Shown one piece after another: positions 46,727 through 55,067 of a stretch of DNA of 64,000 nt (positions are counted from its first letter, which is position 1; each line of letters opens with the position of its first letter). Both the position numbers and the translations under genes were made by a program. The stretch comes from an uncultured Acidimicrobiales bacterium. GTDB taxonomy: Bacteria; Actinomycetota; Acidimicrobiia; Acidimicrobiales; CAVXTF01. The stretch is taken from assembly GCA_963801315.1 (NCBI GenBank), contig CAWDEI010000006.1, forward strand, positions 325,146 through 389,145, in the 5' to 3' direction. The notes under the pieces were generated by a model, which made no database searches, was not told where the DNA came from, and saw only the letters and a program-made list of their open reading frames with translations.

Positions 46727-49700
46727 TTACGGCTTCGCCGGCATCTCAAAAGACGACCGTCTGCGATCGTAGGCCGCGCGCGCAGCCGCGTAGATGTCGC
46801 GGTGATCCTGGACTATGCGCGACCAACGGAACCTGCGCGCCCCGAGCCTCGCACGTTCGGCCAGGTCACGTTGGAGGTCGGTGTCGACGAGCACACGCCG
46901 CAGAGCATCCTGCATCGATGTGGGGTCCGCAGGGTCCACGGCCAGAACACTGTCCCGGCAGTCCGCGAAGATCGGTTGGTCCGTGACGATGACCGGTCGC
47001 TCCGCCGGCAGCACGAAGCGAAGTGCGGCGCTCGAGGACTCGCCCGTGTCCCGGTAGGGGAGCACGACGGCGTCGACTCCTCGCAGGATCACGCGGCTCA
47101 CCTCGTCGGGCAGGTAGTCGGTCATCAGCATCACGTTGTCGGCCAAGCCCCGAGATTCGATCTCGGCGCGCAGAAGCTCTTCGTAGGAGTCCGAGGTGAT
47201 GTCCGGATAGCGAGCGCACAGTGCGAGCAGGCAGATGTCTGGGAACTCGGTGCGCAACGAGTCGATCACGCGGACGAGCTCGAGCGTCCCTTTGTGCGGA
47301 AGGAGGAACCCGAACGTGCCGATCACCGGCCTCGATCCGAGCCCGAGAACCTTGCGCGCGTCCTCGTGCGAGACCTTGGGTGGCAGAGCTGTTCCCATCG
47401 GCACGATGCTCACGTTGGCCGCCAACCCCATGTCGGCGAGGATCCGGGCGTCGGAGGCCTGGTGGACGATCAAGCGGTTGACCGCCTCGAGAATGGGACG
47501 GATGGAGCTCAAGCTGACGAGCTCTCCGTCGATCTCGATGTCCCTGGTCCGATGGAGCGTCATCACCACGGCCCGACGTTCGAGTTGGCGGTGGATGAGA
47601 CCCGCCAGCGCTCCCAATTCGAAGAACCCGAAGTTGAACTGGATGTGCACGACGTCCGGATTGGAAAGGTCGAGCGCGTTGTCGAGACTCCCGAGCCCGG
47701 GGTTCCAACGGTTGACCCAGTTCCGCAAGACTCCTCGTTCGGCTGAGGGGTCGATCAACTCCGCCTGTGTGTCGGCAAAGATCTCGAAACGAACCGAATC
47801 CGCCGAGTTCTCGACGATGTTGCGGGTGTTCTCCGCGACTCCGCAGCGCGAGTTCCACGTGGTGACCATCGCGACCCGGGGGACCTCGGCGGCGATCTCG
47901 AGATTTCCGATGAACGAATCCCACCGTCGCGAGACTGCGTCCCAGGAGAATTCGGTCTCTATCAGCTCGCCGCGCGCGATCGGCCTTCTGCTTCAGCTCG
48001 GGACTCTTCGGGTCGTCGGCGATTCTTTTCATCTCGACCGCGAGCTGCCCCCCGTCGGGCTCGGCCCAGACCGAGTCGGGTACGTAGAAGTGGGTTCTCG
48101 CCGGTTCCAATTTGAACGGGATCGTCGTGGCCGTCTCGTCGGACACGAAGTCCGCGAGGCCCGAGTAGGCCAAGGTGATGACCGGCACCCCGGCTGCCAT
48201 GGCTTCTGCGACCGGCAGTCCGAACCCCTCTCCTCGGGCGGGGTGCACGTAGCAGTCCGCCAGGTTGTAGAGGCCCATGATCTCGTGGTCGTCGAGGTCC
48301 CGGTCGATCCACCGGACATCGGGCGGGTTCGGATGAGCTGACCTCTGCTTCTTCAGCAGATCGGCCGACCTCGTTGTGAGGGTTCGGGAAGGTCTTGAGA
48401 ACGAGGGTCGACGTCGTCCGACCCGCCGAACACCGAGAAGTACGCCTCGAGTAGGACGTCGATCCCCTTTCGCGGGAACGCGGAGCTGACGTGGAGGAAC
48501 CGGATCTTGCGCAGCCCCTCGAGCTCGGTGCGCCTCAGACGGTCGCCGCGGGTCATGGGGCGGCACGCCGATCCCGACGACCCGGACCGGGACGTCGACA
48601 CCGGAGTCCTGAAGGACGTCCCTGACGAACGTCGACATCACGCCCACGCCGTTCAGGTAGCGGTTGAAGTCGTCGGCCATCGCTTCGGGGGATCCGGCTC
48701 TCCTCCCAGCCGAAGTACTCGCAGGTGATGCCGCCCGGGGGAGTCGATCACCCGCGGCGGCTACATCTGGCGGATGACGACGTCGGGATACGGGACCTGA
48801 CGCGACCGGTCGGAACAGCTCCGTCGGCGTCGGGGTGGCGGGCGAGGTCCTCGGGATCCGGCTCGTAGTCGCCCGGACCTTCGGTGGCGTAGATCGACAG
48901 GGCGCGGTCGGGCAGCTGGTCGAGCCCGCAGGCGATCTCGCGATTGATCACCGCCAGGCTGTAGCTGGTCTCGAACGGGCCCTGGACCTGGACCTCGCAG
49001 CGGATGTTCGCCGCCCGACGGCCTTGTCGACGACCCGTTCGAGCAGCCGCGGAACGTCGAATCTCTTGAACCTGCTCGACCCGCACGAACTGCCGCTCGA
49101 CCAGCCGGTCTGCGAAGACCGGGATCGGCTCGAATCGCCTGCACCGTGGCCGCGACGACCTCGGGATCCTTGTCGCGAAGCAGGATGCCGGCACCGCCCA
49201 TGACCTCGGGGACGGCAGCGGCACCGAAGGCGACCACGGGCAGGCCGGCGGCCATGGCCTCGAGGATGGGAACCCCGAATCCCTCGTGCTCGCTCATCGA
49301 GACGAACACTCCGGCTCCGGCGAACGCGGATCCGAGCTCGGTTGTCGGAGACCTTGCCGAGCATCACGACCCGGTCCGCGACCCCCAGGCGCGCGGCCTC
49401 GCTCTCGAACGAACGCGACGTAGTCGCGGACGATGGTGTCACCGATCGAGAACGAGACGAGCCTCGTCGTCGAATGTCTGCGCGTAGAGGGCGAACGCCC
49501 GGACCAAGCTCGTGCTGGCACTTGTTGCCGACGATGCGCCCGACGTACAGCCAGTCCGTCGAACGCAGAGCCGGGATCGGTGCAAAGGCCGGAGAATTGG
49601 GAGTAGTCGACCCGGACCGGCAGCACCTCGACCCGCCTGAATCCGACCGCGAGCATCTCGCGGCGGTTGTAGTTCGAGTCCGCGACCCCGACGCTGCGCT

Positions 49701-50075
49701 CGGCGGGCAAGCTGGGCGAGCTGTTCGTGCCCGAGCCGGATGAGCTGGCGGAACGTCTCGTCGGAGAAGTAACGCTCGGGGGTCAGATTGTGGTAGACCG
49801 TCGCGATCTGGTCGGGCAGATCCACGACCTCGTCGAAGGTGGCGGCTGCCGAGCGAGTGGTGCAGCAGACAGAAGGTTCTCGTCGGAACCCGGTGTAGCC
49901 CTGGATCGGGTTTGATCCTGTCCTCCAGGCCAGGCTCTACGTGGACCGCGAAGATCTCGAGAACGGCACTCCCATCTGCCGGAGGTGCGACCTGCAGTCG
50001 CAGCATCTGCTGCGTTATTGCGTCTCCGTGCGCGGTCCCGGGATGGAACTGGTGAATCGCCGCGAAGCGGTTCAT
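46727..50075 (-). pseudogene. Three-domain GT4-family glycosyltransferase (WbdA-like mannosyltransferase architecture), heavily frame-disrupted in domains A and B
   Basis: Domain C (46727-47869) is intact, and its frame stays open upstream to about 47975. Domain B (about 47900-49010) needs several shifts and contains an in-frame TAG at 48761-48763 (IRQM*PPRVID). Domain A (about 49010-50075, ATG at 50075, MNRFAAIHQFHPGTAHGDAITQQM) can only be followed by hopping among all three frames more than ten times. EHEGFGVPILEAMAAGLPVV and ARGEGFGLPVAEAMAAGVPVI are GT4 E-x7-E regions. Confidence 0.7.
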
Positions 50076-51285
50076 TTCGTGGCGATGATTGCGTAATCCT
50101 GGTACCCGAAGACGTTCTGCATGAGCTCGCCGACCGCTGTCCCGACCTCGTCGTCGGGGAGGTCGTGAGGACGTTCCATGACGGGATGGGGGGACCGCTC
50201 ATCGAGCTGCACCGTGCTGAATCCCACCTGTTCGCATATGAAGCGCAGTGTCTCGGGATGGACCGGCTTCACATGTGAGGTGTCGGCGAAGAAGTGGTTC
50301 CCGAGTGCGAAGAGGCTCCTCGGGTTGATGGTCTCCACGACCAGGACACCGTTCGGAAGGAGCTTCCGGTGAGCCAGCTGCATGAGCCGTTCCATCTCGG
50401 ACGTCAAGCAGGTGCTCGACCACCTGCGCGCAGAAGATCCCCCTGAGCGAGTCGTCCTCGGTCTCCTCGAGCACGTGGATGCCGTCGTCGTGGATCACCG
50501 GAAGGCCCTTCGAGCGGCAGACCTCGACCATCTCCGTGTTCAGTCGACACCCGTGACGTCGTATCCGGCTTCGATCAGGAGCTCGAGCATCTCGCCCCGG
50601 CCGCATCCGATGTCGAGGATCTTGCCGCTTCCCTCCGGGGGGGGAAACATGCTGACGTAGTGCGACTGGGCCCTGCGGAGGTCCTCGCTCGAACCACGGC
50701 AGCGGTCTTCGAACTCCGAGTAGTCGATCTTGGCTCCACTCGAGCGCGGCGGTTCCCAGACGTTCGAATTCGCGGCCGCAGGGCGCGCACCTCGTCTTTG
50801 GTGGCAAGGTTCTCGAACAGGCGGTCCACTTCTCTGCGGTACCGGCTCGCTCGCTCCACCGAGGACAGGATCTGCATCCGGACCTGCAAGCTCTGTCGGC
50901 GTAGCTCGTCGAGCTCTCGGTCGATGCGGTGCAGCTCGTCGACGACGGCAAAAGCGAAGTGAATGTTGTGGCCGTCATAGTGCTGTTGCGCAGCGAAGCG
51001 TGGCTCGATGTACCAGCCGGTCAGCTTCTTCACTAGCCGCTTTGCAAAGCGCGTCGCTTGACCCGTTGCTCCTGCCGCCCGGGCCGGGTCGGGGGGGGAC
51101 AACTTCCCGTGGAACGCCTGCATGGAAGGGATCTGGGACGCAACGCGGGGTAGCTCGTCCTCAGTGTCGGGTTCTTCCGGGCGAGTCTTCTCGCGCGGGT
51201 TCACCTGTTCGACCTCCCGAATGAGGTTCTCGACCCTGTCGACCAGATCCCCCGGGGCTATCACTCGTCCGTCTACGTCGAACAC
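50072..51285 (-). pseudogene. Coiled-coil + class I SAM-dependent methyltransferase (O-polysaccharide-modifying type), three frame disruptions
   Basis: The N-terminal coiled-coil part is ORF 50575..51285 up to ...ATKDEVRAL. The methyltransferase core KILDIGCGRGEMLELLIEAGYDVTGVD / NTEMVEV...GIFCAQVVEHLL / SEMERLMQLAHRKLLPNGVLVVE is spread over two more frames, with shifts near 50775-50785, 50535-50545 and 50400-50410. Its TGA overlaps the ATG of the downstream GT gene (ATGA). Confidence 0.7.
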
Positions 51286-51444
51286 CGTCTCTCCTGCTCG
51301 ATCTCGCCTCGATCACAGGCCGAAGCCGTTCCCGAAGCGTACCGGGTGCCGCGACAAACCCGAGGTTTGAGCGCCGACCGAGCACAACACAACGACTGGC
51401 ATGCTCACTCGGGTACGCGCACCCGGAACCCTTCCGCGATCTGG

Positions 51445-53307
51445 ATGATGACCTACTGTGAGCACATGCCCTTCGCTGCGGGGCGTTGCCGCCGACGGGA
51501 TGGGGTACTTGCCTGCTCAGCTTGGCTGGCGTCCGCACTGATCTTCTTCCGCCACGCGTGGGCGACCGGATTCACGAGTATCACCGGTAACGCCGGCGAC
51601 ACTCGGCTGGCCGTCTACCTCGACGAGCACTGGTTTCTCGTCCTGCGAGGTCGCGCCAGCTGGTTGAATCCCCAGTTCTTCTATCCCGCCAAGGGAGTAC
51701 TCGGCTGGTCGGACACCTTCTTCTTGTACCAGATATTCTACGCACCCTTCCGTATTCTGGGCGCCGACGAGTTTCTCGCCTTTCAGTTGACGGTGATCTC
51801 GGCGAGCCTGGTCGGTTTTATCGGATTCGTGGTCCTCGCGAAACAGCTGTTCGACTCACCAATCGGAATTGCGATTGCAGGAGCCTGGCTCTTCACTTTC
51901 GCCAACAATCTCGCGCTGCACGCGGGCTCAGCCCAGCTCCTCGGTGTGTACTTCCTGCCTGCGATCGCGTCGGTGGGGGTCGGCGCCTGGAGAGCTCTCG
52001 ACGAACGACCCTTATGGTCCGCGGTCCTCTTTGCGGTCTTCGGGCTCGGTTACGGGGCGCTTCTCTTTTCCTTCTACTACGTATCATGGTTGTCGATTGT
52101 GTCGGCGCTGGTGCTTCTCGTCGTCAGGGTGGCATTGTCGCCGAGATCGATTGTCGTTCCCGCGGCGCGTCGGCTGGTAGCCGGCTGGCGTCCGCCCCTC
52201 GCGGGAGTATGCGCCTTCTGCGTGTTCTTCGTACCGTTCTTGCGCGTGTACCTTCCCGCCGTCCGCGAATTCGGTGGCCGGTCATACGGCGCCGTGCTGT
52301 ACTACGCGCCGACCTGGACAGATTTCTTCTCGTTGGGGCGGAATTTGTACTGGAGCAGAATTCAAGATCAGATCAGGCAGTCATTCGAATCGAGCTATGC
52401 GATCACGCCACTGTTCTTCGTGTTGGTGGTTCTCGTCGGACCTGTGCTCGTCTGGAGATACCGGCTATTCGAACAGCGAAGTCGCACGCTCCTCACAATT
52501 GCTTTGTGCGTCACCACGCTTCTTTTGATGATCCTTCCAGTGAAGACAAGTTATGGATCGCTTTGGATCGTCGTCTGGCATCTGCCGGGCGCGAACGGAA
52601 TCCGAGCGAGTTACCGCCTCGAGATCGTCACCGGCTTGATCGCGGCTCTGGCCTTCACCAGCCTCGCGACCGGCGTCGTCCGGCGCTGGCAGCGCGGGCC
52701 GAGGCCGCCGGTTACCCTTCTAGCGCTCGGGATCCTCGTCGTGATCGCCGTCTGCTGCGAGCAGTTGAACGTGAGCCCTCTCGCTCAGATCTCGCGCCCG
52801 CAGCAGCTTGCACTTCTCGATGCGGTCCCGTCGCCACCGAAGCAATGCACGAGTTTCTTCGTCACGGACTCCGTGCACCGAAGCGATCCATACTACGTCT
52901 ACCAGATCGACGCCATCCTGATCGCTCAGAAGCTGGACATCCCGACGCTCAACGGCTACAGCGGCGAGACTCCCCACCACTATGGAATGTTGTTCACGGA
53001 GTCGAATAGCTATCTTGTCGACGTCGAGCAGTGGGTGGTCCGCAATCACATCCGAAGCGGGGTCTGCGAGCTCGATCTCGGCCATATGACATGGCTCGAC
53101 ATCGACCAAACGACACGGCTCGATATCGGCCAAGCGACACGGCTCGATATCGGCCAAACCACATGGCTCGATGCGGGCCACGTGACGGGGAATGTGCTTT
53201 CAGCTCGGACAGCCAACGTCATGGCTGCGAGCGCCATAACCACCGCAAGCGTCGGTGCGACCCGAGCGACGAGTCGGGATGGACGGAGCCGAGCGCGGCC
53301 GGCATGA
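51445..53307 (+). CDS. Large polytopic membrane protein (GT-C-like / polysaccharide-associated candidate) with a C-terminal octapeptide repeat
   Basis: Frame of ORF 51346..53307. Candidate ATGs at 51445, 51448 and 51466. More than 10 hydrophobic segments are followed by a ~170-aa soluble C-terminal domain. It is intact over 1.9 kb and noticeably lower in GC than its neighbours. Confidence 0.65.
   Translation: MMTYCEHMPFAAGRCRRRDGVLACSAWLASALIFFRHAWATGFTSITGNAGDTRLAVYLDEHWFLVLRGRASWLNPQFFYPAKGVLGWSDTFFLYQIFYAPFRILGADEFLAFQLTVISASLVGFIGFVVLAKQLFDSPIGIAIAGAWLFTFANNLALHAGSAQLLGVYFLPAIASVGVGAWRALDERPLWSAVLFAVFGLGYGALLFSFYYVSWLSIVSALVLLVVRVALSPRSIVVPAARRLVAGWRPPLAGVCAFCVFFVPFLRVYLPAVREFGGRSYGAVLYYAPTWTDFFSLGRNLYWSRIQDQIRQSFESSYAITPLFFVLVVLVGPVLVWRYRLFEQRSRTLLTIALCVTTLLLMILPVKTSYGSLWIVVWHLPGANGIRASYRLEIVTGLIAALAFTSLATGVVRRWQRGPRPPVTLLALGILVVIAVCCEQLNVSPLAQISRPQQLALLDAVPSPPKQCTSFFVTDSVHRSDPYYVYQIDAILIAQKLDIPTLNGYSGETPHHYGMLFTESNSYLVDVEQWVVRNHIRSGVCELDLGHMTWLDIDQTTRLDIGQATRLDIGQTTWLDAGHVTGNVLSARTANVMAASAITTASVGATRATSRDGRSRARPA
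53083..53178 (+). repeat. 24-bp (8-codon) in-frame tandem repeat x4 near the 3' end of the membrane protein gene
   Basis: catatgacatggctcgacatcgac, caaacgacacggctcgatatcggc, caagcgacacggctcgatatcggc and caaaccacatggctcgatgcgggc. They encode HMTWLDID QTTRLDIG QATRLDIG QTTWLDAG. A degenerate copy (CELDLG) lies just upstream. Confidence 0.9.
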
Positions 53308-53427
53308 CCGAAGCCGGCGGAGACGGAGATCTTGTGCACATTCAGTGCGCTGGTGCACAGTCCTCTGTTGGCGGGTGGTCGACGCCGGATCCGGACGAGA
53401 AGAACCGGATCGGGAGCAAGGAGCCGA

Positions 53428-55020
53428 ATGGATCACATACAGGCTGGTGCGCCAGACCTGGCTGGCGACCGTGATGACGTGCAGCAACCTCCGTCACATG
53501 ACACGAGGTTCCGGTTTCTCGAGCGGATCGCCGTGCGCGCTGCGAGACCACTCGCCCGTCGCCGAGCCTTGTACCGCAAGGCCGTCGTCGCCGGGCTCGG
53601 GCAACGGATCGCCCGGAGCGTCCAAGAGGACCTCGAGGACCTCGACCGCGAGAGCACCCCAGCCGGAATCGGTCGTCAACGTTACGTGGATCGGCTCGAA
53701 TCCATAGCATCGCTCAGGTCCGAGCTGGTGAACCTCCAGCAGCAAATGGTCGAGTTGGGCCGAAGCGCCACCTTTTCGGACGAACCGTCCGGTGTCGATC
53801 CCGGCGACAAACTAGAAGAGCCTCGGCCGACGGGCTCAGGGCGAATCGCGTCGGTTCCGGAGTCGGGCCAGATTCCGGGAGTCAACGTCTTCGGGGACTG
53901 GGCGGCCACCACAGGGCTCGCTCAAGCGGCTCGAAGGCTCACGGTCGCGCTGAGTGATGCCGGGTTCGACCTGAGCCTGCGAACCATACGAAGCGGCGCA
54001 CCGGTCGACCAGGGGCGAGTACCGGAACAGTTGAATCGAATACCCGACGACCGGCGACATCCGATCGATGTCTGGATGCTCAACGTCAACGAGTTCCCCG
54101 CGGTAAGTGGCGAGATGCTGCGGCCCCCGGGCCAAGACACCTATTCGATCGGGGTCTGGTACTGGGAGCTACCGACGTTTCCCGACGGGCTCGTCGCGCA
54201 GATGGAAAGGGTCGACGAGATCTGGGTGGCGACGAAGTTCGTCCAGTCGAGCTTTCGCAGGGCGAGCACGCGGCCGGTGCACATCGTACCTGCAATAGTG
54301 CCGGAGCTGAAAGGCTCCGGCCGGGGTCGCCGGGACTTCGGTCTGAGCGACGGCGAGGCTGTGTTCATGTTCAGCTTCGACGTCAATTCGATGGTGGCGC
54401 GCAAGAACCCGGGAGCTGTCGTCGAGGCTTTCGGTCGCGCCTTCCCTGCGGCGGCATCGAGCGGGTGCCGCCTGGTGATAAAGGTCCTCAACCTTGCCCG
54501 GAGCCACGAGTTGGAAAAGTGGTTGCGCTCCGCGGTCGCAGGCGTGAACGGCGTGCTGATCGACGATGACATGGCCGACGACGAGCTGGTCGACCTTTTC
54601 ATGTGTTCAGACGTCTACGTGTCGCTTCACCGTTCCGAGGGCTTCGGCTTCGGCATCGCCGAAGCAATGGCCCTCGGGAAGCCGGTCGTCACCACTGCAT
54701 ATTCGGGAAATCTCGACTTTGCGACCGCTGCCAACAGCTTCCAGGTCGGCTATCGCATGCGCGAGATAACGAGCGCGGACCATGTGTTCAACGAAGAGAC
54801 CTCGGGGGTCTATCCAGCCGGTGCGTTGTGGGCCGAGCCGGATGTGGACCAAGCCGCAAGGTGGATGAGGCTGCTCGCATCGGACCCGGTCCTCCGGCGG
54901 TCGACCGGCGAGAAGGGCCGGGCCACGATCAGAAATCTCTACAGCGCAGAAGCGGCGGTGAGGGTGGTGACCGACCGCTTGAGCGAGATAAGCGCGCGCA
55001 CTGGTAAAGCGGGCAGCTGA
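53428..55020 (+). CDS. GT4-family glycosyltransferase with an N-terminal coiled-coil extension
   Basis: Frame of ORF 53332..55020. The ATG at 53428 follows AAGGAG. The N-terminal ~130 aa are helical or coiled (RLESIASLRSELVNLQQQMVEL). The GT4 body includes SLHRSEGFGFGIAEAMALGKPVVTTAYSGNLDF and the WAEPD motif shared with domain B of the triple-GT gene. Confidence 0.8.
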   Translation: MDHIQAGAPDLAGDRDDVQQPPSHDTRFRFLERIAVRAARPLARRRALYRKAVVAGLGQRIARSVQEDLEDLDRESTPAGIGRQRYVDRLESIASLRSELVNLQQQMVELGRSATFSDEPSGVDPGDKLEEPRPTGSGRIASVPESGQIPGVNVFGDWAATTGLAQAARRLTVALSDAGFDLSLRTIRSGAPVDQGRVPEQLNRIPDDRRHPIDVWMLNVNEFPAVSGEMLRPPGQDTYSIGVWYWELPTFPDGLVAQMERVDEIWVATKFVQSSFRRASTRPVHIVPAIVPELKGSGRGRRDFGLSDGEAVFMFSFDVNSMVARKNPGAVVEAFGRAFPAAASSGCRLVIKVLNLARSHELEKWLRSAVAGVNGVLIDDDMADDELVDLFMCSDVYVSLHRSEGFGFGIAEAMALGKPVVTTAYSGNLDFATAANSFQVGYRMREITSADHVFNEETSGVYPAGALWAEPDVDQAARWMRLLASDPVLRRSTGEKGRATIRNLYSAEAAVRVVTDRLSEISARTGKAGS

Positions 55021-55067
55021 GGTGGTCGGCCGTCAGGGTCGGCACAGGTCGTCGCTACCCTAGGTCG

